This document shows positions 20,521 through 29,834 of a stretch of 64,000 nt of DNA, piece by piece. The number at the start of each line of letters is the position of its first letter. Position 1 is the stretch's first letter. This stretch comes from a virus (lineage: Duplodnaviria; Caudoviricetes), in the IMG/VR virus record IMGVR_UViG_3300021400_001148, positions 96,001 through 160,000 of that record; one strand, given 5' to 3'. Position numbers and translations under genes: made by a program. The notes below the pieces were generated by a model. That model ran no database searches. It had not been told where the DNA came from and saw nothing but the letters and a program-made list of their open reading frames with translations.

Positions 20521-21366
20521 TTATTCCAGCACTGTTATCGCACTGGGAGGGATGTTGTCGAAAGTGTAGACCGCCTGATACTGTCTGGGGTCATAGTAGA
20601 ACCTTGCCCCGGGGACTGCGGCCACATCTATTTCAAGCTGTACGAAAGTATCCCCCTCCGGATTCTTCTCCTTAAAATAAAATTCGGGTTGTATGGCGTT
20701 TTTCTTGGTGAAGAAATATATCCTCGATGTGTCGGCCTTCACATTCTCCGGTTTGAGCAGGGTCTCGTTTTCTCCCTTGGTGTGCCCGCCGAAGCCTTTC
20801 CACTGGCTCAGTTTGGGGTTGAGGCCGATGCGGAGGATTTTCTTCAGATGGCGGGTCTTGCAGAAATGGTAGAGTTTTCCCAGTTTCCGTACCTCGTCGG
20901 TAAGGTCCTCGGTGAACTTCTTCTCGAGCGAGACTGTCAGGCATCTCCCCCCGGGGATTCCCGAAAAACTTGAAACCCGTTCACTGACATATGCCCAGCC
21001 GAAATCCTGTGCACGGCTGATGGCTTTCCACTTGATGGTCTCCTCCATTTCCTGATTGGTTATGTGGATGATGATATGATTCTTATCCCCGGTAATCAGG
21101 ATGAACCCGTTGTACTCCCCCGGGGTGTATTCACTGGGGGTGTATTCATTGATGGGGCTCAGGTTGAGGAGACTGCACAGGTGCTTTACCAGCATTTCCG
21201 CGGGGTAGGTCCTCAACACCGCCTCGTCCAGCGCAAGAAGCGGGGCGTATTCCATCTTCGCCATATCCTCATCCAGTGACACCGGCCTGAGCCTTCCTCC
21301 GGTTATCATCTCCCCGGGGAAACCTCTGACCTCGCCGGTCTTTTCATCTATTCTTGCTTTTTCCAT
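20521..21366 (-). CDS. ADP-ribosyltransferase-fold (Tpt1/KptA-like) domain protein
   Basis: LYH..TRHLKKILRIGLNPK...RIYF...VYTFDNIPPSAI; start placed at MEKAR downstream of a TATATTTG box. Confidence 0.55.
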   Translation of the reverse strand: MEKARIDEKTGEVRGFPGEMITGGRLRPVSLDEDMAKMEYAPLLALDEAVLRTYPAEMLVKHLCSLLNLSPINEYTPSEYTPGEYNGFILITGDKNHIIIHITNQEMEETIKWKAISRAQDFGWAYVSERVSSFSGIPGGRCLTVSLEKKFTEDLTDEVRKLGKLYHFCKTRHLKKILRIGLNPKLSQWKGFGGHTKGENETLLKPENVKADTSRIYFFTKKNAIQPEFYFKEKNPEGDTFVQLEIDVAAVPGARFYYDPRQYQAVYTFDNIPPSAITVLE

Positions 21367-21881
21367 CTCTATGCAAATATACAAAAAATATTTGGAATTG
21401 TGAATAAAAGACCCCGGGGGAAAGATGCCTTTATTAAAAAAAAGCGCACGATGGAGAACATACTTCACGGTTAAAATTAAATTCGCCCCCTGCTTGTGCC
21501 TACTACTTTCTTTCGACATTATAAAGATACGAAAAATATTACTGACTTTACCGGCCTCGGCGCAATAAAGCCCCCGGGGGGAAATAATACGCCCACACTT
21601 CGGCGCAGGTTGGAGTCTAGTTTCTGCGGTTGGGGTCACTGCTCCGCAAGTATGGCTACTTCCTTTCACCAGTACAAAGATAGCAAAAAAATCTGAGAAC
21701 CCCGGGGACTGGGCGCAAGGTGCGCTGCTGAAAAATGCGCTGCTGAAAAAAAAAAGAAGCCCGACATCTCACGACGGCGGACTTCCGAATAAATGTAAAT
21801 AATGATACTAGTAAATAATGATAAAAGTCAGTACAAATATACAAAAAAATTTTCAGACTTTGCCGTGTACGGCGCAGCCCG

Positions 21882-22703
21882 CTACATCTCGTCAAGCGGT
21901 TTCTGGGGAACACCGTCCAGAACCGGAAGGTCCCTGTCCTGACGGGCCTTGACAATCGCACGCCCGAAGTTACGGTAATAGGATTTCAGTACCTCGTCGT
22001 AGATTTTCTTGAACTGCCCCGGGGATACTTTGTATTTCTTCAACTCCAGTTCGGTACGCTTGTCGGAAAGGAAATCCTCCTTGTTGTCGTTGAGGTATTT
22101 GATGTTCCGGTATACCACTGTACTTTTAAGAGCCTTCTCTTCTTCTTCCGGGGATTTAGCCTGAAGAACAGCGGCGTAGATATTGTTGATATTGGCGTCG
22201 GTCTCCGCTTTCTCGTAGTAGTAAAAGACAAAGGCCACGGCTCGCGGAATCAAGCTCATGCTGGCGAGACTGGCAGTAGCTGTCCGGTATATATTCTCGT
22301 CACGGACCAAGTTCGGCCTGATTCCGGAAGCGTGCTGGAATGCGTGGTGGAGTTCGTGCTGAAGGTTCAGGGAACTGATGAGTTTCTTCTCACTGACGAT
22401 ATACCCGGAGTTGAGGTAGATGCTCTTCGTGGCTTGGTTGTAACTGGAGTTCATGCCACCCCAGGAACTCGCACGCTGGTAGTCGGCCATAGTCTGGAAC
22501 GGAACGACCCTGTATACCACGGGGATTTCAATTTCTTTCCCCGGGGTTTTTATAGTCGCCCACTCATATCCAGTCAGGGTGTCACTTATCGGAGGATTGC
22601 TCTTGACTTTCTCGGATATCGCCTTCCAGATTCTTCCGGCCTCCGAGGCGACACTGTCATTCACCCCGAGTTCCTCGTTGATGTACTGTTTGATTTCTTC
22701 CAT
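21882..22703 (-). CDS. Putative zincin metallopeptidase
   Basis: LQHELHHAFQ (HExxH) with downstream Glu. Confidence 0.6.
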   Translation of the reverse strand: MEEIKQYINEELGVNDSVASEAGRIWKAISEKVKSNPPISDTLTGYEWATIKTPGKEIEIPVVYRVVPFQTMADYQRASSWGGMNSSYNQATKSIYLNSGYIVSEKKLISSLNLQHELHHAFQHASGIRPNLVRDENIYRTATASLASMSLIPRAVAFVFYYYEKAETDANINNIYAAVLQAKSPEEEEKALKSTVVYRNIKYLNDNKEDFLSDKRTELELKKYKVSPGQFKKIYDEVLKSYYRNFGRAIVKARQDRDLPVLDGVPQKPLDEM

Positions 22704-22706
22704 GTA

Positions 22707-23201
22707 TCAGTTATTCGGGTTTGTCCAGCCCCGGGGGATGTCCGTGTAGGCATCGCCCCTGAGCTGCTGCTTCCGCCAGTCGGAGGTATAGTGGTAGACC
22801 TGCCCCCGGGCCGCCTTCAATGTTTTCTCATATGCCCGTCTGCACTCTTCCTTCGCCGCATTGACAAACTCCGGGGCCTTGTCGTTGAGGAACGCGTCGG
22901 AGTCAATCATATTGTAGGCCTTGCAGTAAAAAGCCGCAAAGTATCCGTCGCTCGGTGCCTTGGCGTATGCCTCAACAACTTTCTCCCACTCGTCGTTTAT
23001 GCTCTTCACATACCGTTTCTTGCCCTCGTCACCGGTCTTGTGTTCTGTCACGGTAGCACTGTAAACGACGGAACCTATGCATATCACGAACTCCCTGTAG
23101 GTTTCAGCATACACATAGTTGAAGTTGAGGTGCTCGTGCTGTGACTTCCCCGGGGTGAGGAAGAGCAGGAGAGAAATTATGGAGAGGATTGTTCTTTTCA
23201 T
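22707..23201 (-). CDS. Secreted/periplasmic hypothetical protein
   Basis: MKRTILSIISLLLFL signal-peptide-like N-terminus. Confidence 0.6.
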   Translation of the reverse strand: MKRTILSIISLLLFLTPGKSQHEHLNFNYVYAETYREFVICIGSVVYSATVTEHKTGDEGKKRYVKSINDEWEKVVEAYAKAPSDGYFAAFYCKAYNMIDSDAFLNDKAPEFVNAAKEECRRAYEKTLKAARGQVYHYTSDWRKQQLRGDAYTDIPRGWTNPNN

Positions 23202-23249
23202 GCGTTGAGGTAAAATGTGGGACTCAAACGAGTACCAATAGCGCCGGTA

Positions 23250-23558
23250 TCAGAGGTCCTCCGGCTTCTCGAGGGTTTTCATCTCCGCAAGGATGCGGGT
23301 ACGGTCGGCGGCGGTGAGGGTGGGCCGTGCGACAGGTCTTGTGTGTGGGCCGGCGGGGTTGGGGTCGTGCGGTGGACGGGTGTCTTCTTTTTTCCCCGGG
23401 GTGTTCCCTTCATCGTGAGTCACCTCCCGGTGTATGGTAAGCACTTCGTCCTCTATCACATTGACCTCGTCCTTTACATAGTCCAGTTCTGACTTAAGCA
23501 GATAGTATAATACTATTGCAAGGGCAATTATAATTGCCAGAGAATACACGGTGTTCAT
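23250..23558 (-). CDS. Membrane-anchored hypothetical protein
   Basis: MNTVYSLAIIIALAIVLYYLL anchor; start adjacent to the upstream stop. Confidence 0.55.
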   Translation of the reverse strand: MNTVYSLAIIIALAIVLYYLLKSELDYVKDEVNVIEDEVLTIHREVTHDEGNTPGKKEDTRPPHDPNPAGPHTRPVARPTLTAADRTRILAEMKTLEKPEDL

Positions 23559-23559
23559 A

Positions 23560-23868
23560 CTACTCTTCCGCGGGCCTCCACATCCCTCCTGAATAACGCT
23601 GGGTGTTGAGGATACCCAGAAACTCCTCCGGGGTGGCATATGAAACTCTCTCCCGGAGCACCCCGTAACCGTTGAAGGAAGTCCTCTCCTTGACAAAGCA
23701 GGCCCCGGGGTATCCGTCCCCTCCCCTGTAATAAGTAATGCAGTCATATCCCAGACTCTTCCTCTGGTTGTCTGAAAGGTAGAGGGTTGTAGCGTGGGAC
23801 ATCTCATATTCCCCGCAGCCGCTCTTGGCAATGATATTATCAATAATGGTGATACAAGAATTAGTCAT
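23560..23868 (-). CDS. Hypothetical protein
   Basis: Packed ORF. Confidence 0.55.
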   Translation of the reverse strand: MTNSCITIIDNIIAKSGCGEYEMSHATTLYLSDNQRKSLGYDCITYYRGGDGYPGACFVKERTSFNGYGVLRERVSYATPEEFLGILNTQRYSGGMWRPAEE

Positions 23869-23870
23869 GT

Positions 23871-24575
23871 TTATTCTTCTAAGAGTTTTTTTAATTCAGC
23901 AGTCTTCTTTGGTAGCCCTAATTTTTCAATATGCTTTCTGATACTGGTTTCACTAACCCCTAATTCCCTAGATACAGCACTACGGTTGTAATCGTTCTCT
24001 TTTAATATTTTTATAAATTCTTCGTCACTTAAATTTATTTTGGCTCTTTGCTTTGATGCGCAAGAAAGACAATATATTGCTGCCTTTGTTTTGACCTCTC
24101 TCCCACAGATGGGACAATACTTTTTTTCTTTTTTACTTACCCCACAATAATTTTCTGTTTGGCTGTGGCAGTTGGGACATAAGATTTGCAAGTTTTCTAA
24201 TCTATTATCTTTATGGTTACCGTTTTTATGGTGTAACTGACACACCAGTGGTTTTCCTTGCCATTCACTAACACCGCATATCTCGCATTTATTCTCCTTA
24301 AAACCGTCCTTAATTAATCTGCTTTTTAATTTCGAAGAAGTAATGAATGTGCCATCTATAGTCAAGTATTCCTCGGTTTTTTTCTGTAGTTTTGGAATTT
24401 CTTTGGGGTGGAAAGTGAAATGCTGATTTGTGATATTGTACAATTCCATTTTCCTTTTAAGTGTACTAACATTATTTCCTTGGCATGGAATTCCTAATTT
24501 CCGCAAAGTTTCTTGATAAGAAAAACTGGCATTCACTGCCGCTCTTATGTCGCTTTCATTCCAATTGTATTTCAT
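23871..24575 (-). CDS. Free-standing HNH homing endonuclease with zinc finger and C-terminal HTH
   Basis: CEICG...LHHKNGNHKDNRLENLQILCPNCH; CPICG..CLSC; AVSRELGVSETSIRK; AT-richer than neighbours. Confidence 0.85.
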   Translation of the reverse strand: MKYNWNESDIRAAVNASFSYQETLRKLGIPCQGNNVSTLKRKMELYNITNQHFTFHPKEIPKLQKKTEEYLTIDGTFITSSKLKSRLIKDGFKENKCEICGVSEWQGKPLVCQLHHKNGNHKDNRLENLQILCPNCHSQTENYCGVSKKEKKYCPICGREVKTKAAIYCLSCASKQRAKINLSDEEFIKILKENDYNRSAVSRELGVSETSIRKHIEKLGLPKKTAELKKLLEE

Positions 24576-24593
24576 ATTTTAACACTATTTAAG

Positions 24594-24665
24594 TTGCCCC
24601 ACCCCGAGTTGAACAGGGATTACTGGTGCCAAAAACCAGTGTAATTACCGTTATACGATAGGGCA
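24594..24665 (-). tRNA. tRNA-Gln(TTG)
   Basis: Acceptor TGCCCTA/TGGGGCA; anticodon arm CTGGT-TTTTGGC-ACCAG; T arm CCCTG-TTCAACT-CGGGG; no encoded CCA. Confidence 0.9.
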
Positions 24666-24727
24666 GTCAGTTATAAATAGTGTTAGTACGAATTTTTTTT
24701 ACTTTATTTACAAACATTTTAGTGTTG

Positions 24728-25264
24728 TGGTCCCTGCAGGACTTGAACCTGCGACCCACTGATTCGTACCACTATAGCTTTCGCTACCAAAATATTGGGT
24801 CTCCCACCCAAGAATCGCTTGTTACAGCTTATTTTGTTTGTGGTCTGGACTCTATCTTAACCATATTGAAATCTTGCAAGATATAAAGTATGACTTAATG
24901 CTGGGTCTCACAGCCATCGGCCACATAGGTTCTCTTTCCTCATACTCTATAATTTCAACTTAGGTTCCTCCTGTATAGTCTCTACACACTGTCTATAAAC
25001 TTAACCGTCTATTATCATTTAAGAAATTCGAACAACTTACAATTTCCATAGATAATATGGAGAACTTAATTTTTTACGGTTAAAGTTTAATAACATTGGC
25101 TCGGTATTAGCATGAGCGAGGTTCATCCATATGATGATTTTCTTAACCTTCTTTTAGCTTTAACCGAATTAGGGAGGTTCTACATCCGGAGTTTCCCCCG
25201 GTGCATACAATTTCTTTTTTCAAAGAACTAATCAGTTGCTCTGACCAACTGAGCTTAAGGGACC
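24728..25264 (-). tRNA. Intron-split tRNA with Ile2/Met-like body; anticodon ambiguous (exons about 25264-25227 and 24764-24728)
   Basis: 5' half GGTCCCTTAAGCTCAGTTGGTCAGAGCAACTGATT; 3' half AATCAGTGGGTCGCAGGTTCAAGTCCTGCAGGGACCA; acceptor and anticodon stems pair across the insert. Confidence 0.85.
24765..25226 (-). ncRNA. ORF-less group I intron (IC3-like)
   Basis: P AATTCGGTTAAA (25159-25170), Q AATACCGAGC (25099-25108), R GTAGAGACTATA (24974-24985), S AAGATAGAGTCC (24847-24858); GAAA-capped P2; terminal G at 24765. Confidence 0.9.
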
Positions 25265-25271
25265 ATCTATG

Positions 25272-25727
25272 TTACTCGCCGTCAGCGATGCGGTCGATGT
25301 ATCTTTCATTGTGTTCCGCCACACCGTTCGCTTTCCTGTCGAACTCCCTTATCTGGGAATAGAACTCGCCCAATACATCCTGAAGGTCGGCCAGCCTCTT
25401 CCTCAGGGACTTCACAGCATTCAGATAGGCATTCCTCTCGGCCTTGGCGCGGGAAATCCTCTTGCCCTTTTCCACATCGAAGGTATCCCCCGGGGCTACA
25501 GTAGCGTATCCTCTGGCAGTTCCAGTGACATCCCCACCCGTCATACGCTTTCCGTCAATCCATCCGTAAAAGTAAAGCCCCTCCATGATGTTGGTTATGG
25601 GACGAGGCAGTATCGCCTGATAATCGATGACAGTCACAACCAGATTCTTCTTCTCGTCGACATAAGTCTTGGGAGCGTAGGTCCGCAGCTTGATGCTGTT
25701 GCGGTTAAATTTGGTAAACTTCTTCAT
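25272..25727 (-). CDS. Conserved phage hypothetical protein
   Basis: GDTFDVEKGKRISRAKAE motif; own promoter at 25755-25762. Confidence 0.7.
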   Translation of the reverse strand: MKKFTKFNRNSIKLRTYAPKTYVDEKKNLVVTVIDYQAILPRPITNIMEGLYFYGWIDGKRMTGGDVTGTARGYATVAPGDTFDVEKGKRISRAKAERNAYLNAVKSLRKRLADLQDVLGEFYSQIREFDRKANGVAEHNERYIDRIADGE

Positions 25728-25900
25728 ATTTTTTCTCTTTTAAATTTCTTTCTGCAAATATACAAATAAATTCCGGAATAATGCCCAGAGTGGCGCAATA
25801 TCGTACTCAAACGAGTCCTAAACCGCTTATATAGAGATGGTTATCATAGTTTTTGCACAATTTTCAAAGGGTATTATAACAGTGCAAATTACTATATTGT

Positions 25901-26709
25901 CTAGCAAACCCTTAGGATGGTAATGTTGAAAGGATTCGGCGATGTGCTCTTGACTGTCATGCTCTCCCCCGGGGAAAGAGCCTCAACCCTTTCCTGTGAA
26001 ACCCCGAGGACGAAGAAAGTCAGTTCATCCTCCCCCGGGGACACCGAGAGACTGGTCACCATAACTCCAGACGGGCCGTTCGGGGTCACGACAATATACT
26101 CCTTCCTCCCCTCTCCGTGGGACTGGAAATAAACATTCTCAATCATAGTTCCTAGATTTTACGGTAACGGAAATCCACCCCGGGGTTTCGCTCCTCGAGT
26201 TGCTTCTTGATGGCCTGTGCGTCAGACCTCCAGTCACAGCAAGCAACCATTGTCCACTTGCCTGCATCGTCATTGTATCTGCTTACGATGTACATATTAA
26301 TACCTGTGCAAAATGGTTTCTTCGAAAGTTGCGTTGAGGCCCTGCCCCACCAGTCTGTAGTAGTAGTCCCTCGCGGTGGCATAGTCCTCAAATGTGGTGG
26401 GCTCATACCCGTCAGCGGTGCAGTCCACGAGATATCCGGTTACTGTCTTCATACCCACCTCCCCTTTGAATTGCGTCCGTATACCCTTTCCAGCATATAG
26501 ACATCGTCAAAGAGGTTCTCCGGCTTGTCCACTCCGTCACCTCGCAGGTCCGAGACTTTCTTTAGACGCCTCTTCAAAATACAGATGCCGGTGTTAACCA
26601 GATTTTTGTCAATCAGCCAGTCGGCATATACCTTTGCACCCTTCAGAGTGCTTTTGATGGCGTAGACGACACTGCCCGCGCCCTCAACCACATAAATGAA
26701 ATTGCCCAT
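25901..26709 (-). CDS. Four small hypothetical ORFs (26449-26709, 26297-26452, 26152-26295, 25901-26146)
   Basis: Tightly coupled minus-strand ORFs. Confidence 0.55.
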
Positions 26710-26801
26710 ATAGTTTCCTCCTTCTTTTAAGCCTCCGGGGGAAAATGGTACTCAGATGAGTCCGAGCCCCGGGGTATATGTAACATTTTTGTTTCTTACC
26801 G

Positions 26802-27614
26802 CTAAATATCCTCAACAATCTCCGCCCCGGCCATGCCATACCTGAGAAACTTTCCGTCAGACAGTATTCCGTCCCCGGGGAATTTCCCGTACTTCAAAGA
26901 CACATGTTTCCACAGTCGCCGGAGAAATACCTTTGCTTCCCCGATGGTGCGCAAGTGAACCCTGTCAGCGGTGCAGTATTCACGGAGGCGGGCTCTCTCC
27001 CACTCCGGCCCGCATAACTCTATCCTTGCCTTCATGCCACAATCCTCCCCCAGAGTTTTCTTACATCACCGGCACTCATCCTGCTCCAGTCCACGCCCCA
27101 CATCACATCAGAACCATACCAAGGTCTGCACTGCAAACCCAGGAGGTCACCGGCCCATACCATAGAATAGGCTTGAAACTTTGTGTGCTTGCGGTCTCTG
27201 AGCTGTTTCCCGAAATCCGCGACAACAGTCTCCACACCAGGCTGACAGCGAAGATGGTTCTCTATCTCCGCCACCATAATGTTTTTTGTAATCCTCATAT
27301 TATGAATACATTAAAGCCAGTACCTCGTCGGCAACCGTACCGAGGTCATAATAGATTTTCGTCCCGTCCATGCAGGTCAGCCACACCACCTCGCTCACAT
27401 CATCCCGAACCTGCCTCGCGATGTCCGCGGTCTTCTTGTCGAAGGCATAAAACGAGGTCGCTCCCCCGTGCCCGTCATTTGACACCCGTCCGATGGGCGT
27501 CCCGTCACAAACAAGTGTGGCAATGTAATCGCAGGTCTCTTCCGAGTGGATGCCGAACTCAACATCCCTCAAGGCGAACATATGCCCGCCAATGTACTTG
27601 AATCTCTTTTTCAT
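26802..27614 (-). CDS. Three small hypothetical ORFs (27300-27614, 27032-27298, 26802-27035)
   Basis: Coupled ORFs behind the promoter at 27634-27641. Confidence 0.6.
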
Positions 27615-27920
27615 ATCTTGTTCTTCTTTGTTACAAAGGTACAAAAAACTCTCCGGACTATGGCGGATTTGGCGCAGCGTATGCGGATGTTACAAAAGTG
27701 GTGTTTACAAATGTAACATTCGAAAATGTAACATAAGTAATTGTTACAGAGGAAGTTATAAAAAAATATATTAAGTTACGAAAAAATTTTGAAACATCCC
27801 CCGGGGTAGGCGCAAGGAGGAAATGTCGGCACAAACAACTAATATAACAAAAAAATTTGGGACCCCCGGGGAGTTAGGCGCAAAAGTGGCAGCCCCGCTT
27901 GCGCCTAAAAAGAAAACGGG

Positions 27921-28896
27921 TCAGACCCGTTTCTTCTTCCGGCCGCGTGTTTTTTTCTCACTGCCTATTTCAGTTATTTTCTTTTTCTTCTCGTCCCATT
28001 TGTAGTGAGGGGTTTTGAAATAATCCAAACTTTTTTTATACCAATTTGGCAGGTTTGGCATCCGCCCGCACCCGACACGCAACATCGCATCGTTTATTTC
28101 CTTTTCAGTAAACATTATTTTATCCTCCTTATTTTGCTTTCAGCCACCCTCAGAATTCCGTTGATACGGGAATCGTCCTCAACGAAGAATCCGATGTAAT
28201 CTTCATTTTTGTGTTCCTCTGCGTAGGCAACAGCATCGTCACCGGTTTTCTTTATATACAGCCAATAGTTTTCGGCCGGCAGGTTGTGATATCGCCTTGC
28301 AATATCAACCGCAGTGCGGACATTTGCTGTTATCATTTGACGTATTCAATTGATTCGGGAATATCAAGGGCGAAGTCCTCCGCATCCCAATACCTACCAT
28401 CTGACATGCCGTTGAGGAATTCAAGTTGCGCCTGCTCATAAATTTCCTTGTCTTCTTCGGGCCCAACAAACTTGAAGTGCTCGTCAAACTCCTCACCCCA
28501 TTCTGCAATTTCGCTCATATAGGGGTCGATAACCCTCTCGCATTCGAAAGAGAAATAGTTCTCATCATTCGCGGGGCAGAAGAAAGGATACTGGTCTTCC
28601 ATAGTCTCCCGTGCATGTTCCCAACATACAACATCGCCACTGTTTACGGTCCTGAACTCCGGGGCGTACTGGTAGACATAAACATTCTCGACAGACCACT
28701 CTTTCTCCTTGCTGAGCAGTTCCTCGTTGCAGGCCATACCGAAAAGGTCTTTCAATTCAGAGTCATTTGCCGGAACGGCTGAAAGAACGATATTGTCATC
28801 GGCCTGATTTCCGTCAATCCATTTTACCCTGCCGATAACCCCGTGGCGATAATCGTATACAAGTTCACCCTTTGTTAATTCATGATGTCTTTTCAT
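27921..28896 (-). CDS. Unit of three hypothetical ORFs (28333-28896, 28115-28336, 27921-28115)
   Basis: Coupled ORFs behind promoter 28917-28924. Confidence 0.65.
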
Positions 28897-28983
28897 AACT
28901 TTTTCCTTTTGTATTACAAAGATAAGGAAAACATTTGATACTTTATTTGTTTTGGCGCAGCGAGGGCAGCCACCCTTGCGCCT

Positions 28984-29013
28984 AAAAGAAAATGGTACTC
29001 GTCTGAGTACCAT
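28984..29013 (-). terminator. Intrinsic terminator (representative; most units end in a hairpin plus U-tract abutting the dyad)
   Basis: ATGGTACTC-AGAC-GAGTACCAT followed by TTTCTTTT on the minus strand. Confidence 0.7.
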
Positions 29014-29714
29014 TATCCCCATAGGTTGTGAGTAACTTCTTTCATCTTCTCGATACGAGGGCCCCAAGTCTTTTCAAATTCCGCGTTTTGATATTCATAT
29101 CCGCGGCGGAGAGACCTTGATGCCTGCATCCGTGATATGTAGGCCTCTTCGTTGGTTGTCTTATAAACCTTGTAGGGCTTGTTGGTGTTGAGGCGGCAGT
29201 CCCATGTGGTGACATCTGCTTTTTCCAGTGTACTCTGATTGAGCTTCACCACCCACTTGTGGTTACCATAGTCAAGCACACAGATATAGACTGTAGCCAT
29301 GGTCTTGCGCTGTTTGCGTTCAGCATCCCTTGCGACCATATCGGCATTCACCTTACAGTCCTGCCTTGAGTCGCACCGCTGAATATCCATCCCGTGTTTC
29401 TTACCCACAAGATACGCCTTGTTCTCCCACCGCCATCCGTGGTGTTCATAAGGCCAACCCATCACATTGCACCAAAGGTGGCACATTTCGTGCAGGAGCA
29501 CCTTGAGGTATTCCTTTTCAGGAACATCGTAGTAATCGGAAATCTTGATGGTGTGAATGCCATAGGCTTCCGGTTTGTGCTGGCCGAGCATATGATAGGT
29601 GTGAGTTATCTTAAACCTGATACGGCTGACAGGCGGGAGGTCATTGTTGAAATCTTCCGCATTGTATTTCTCGTACCAACTTTTAAGTGTGTCAATTGTG
29701 AGTTTGAATTGCAT
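29013..29714 (-). CDS. SprT-like zinc metalloprotease
   Basis: YEKYNAEDFNNDLP...LGQH...VLLHEMCH...HGWRW. Confidence 0.8.
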   Translation of the reverse strand: MQFKLTIDTLKSWYEKYNAEDFNNDLPPVSRIRFKITHTYHMLGQHKPEAYGIHTIKISDYYDVPEKEYLKVLLHEMCHLWCNVMGWPYEHHGWRWENKAYLVGKKHGMDIQRCDSRQDCKVNADMVARDAERKQRKTMATVYICVLDYGNHKWVVKLNQSTLEKADVTTWDCRLNTNKPYKVYKTTNEEAYISRMQASRSLRRGYEYQNAEFEKTWGPRIEKMKEVTHNLWG

Positions 29715-29834
29715 AGTCCTTTTCTTTTTGTTACTCAAAGATACAAAAAAAAGTCCGAGACGTCCAAACATTAGGCGCAACCGCGGCAGCCACCCTTGCG
29801 CCTAAAAAAAAAATACGGGCCGAAACCCGTATGT

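Larger units (their letters stand above)
18061..27871. repeat. Zone of highly iterated palindrome CCCCGGGG
   Basis: About 34 exact copies by hand count in 9.8 kb; none seen in 1-15 kb. Confidence 0.9.

Noticed and set aside
21758-21780. GTCGTGAGATGTCGGG resembling a 16S rRNA helix
   Set aside because: Too short. It forms a terminator hairpin with a U-tract, and a similar loop recurs in the terminator near 51480-51505.
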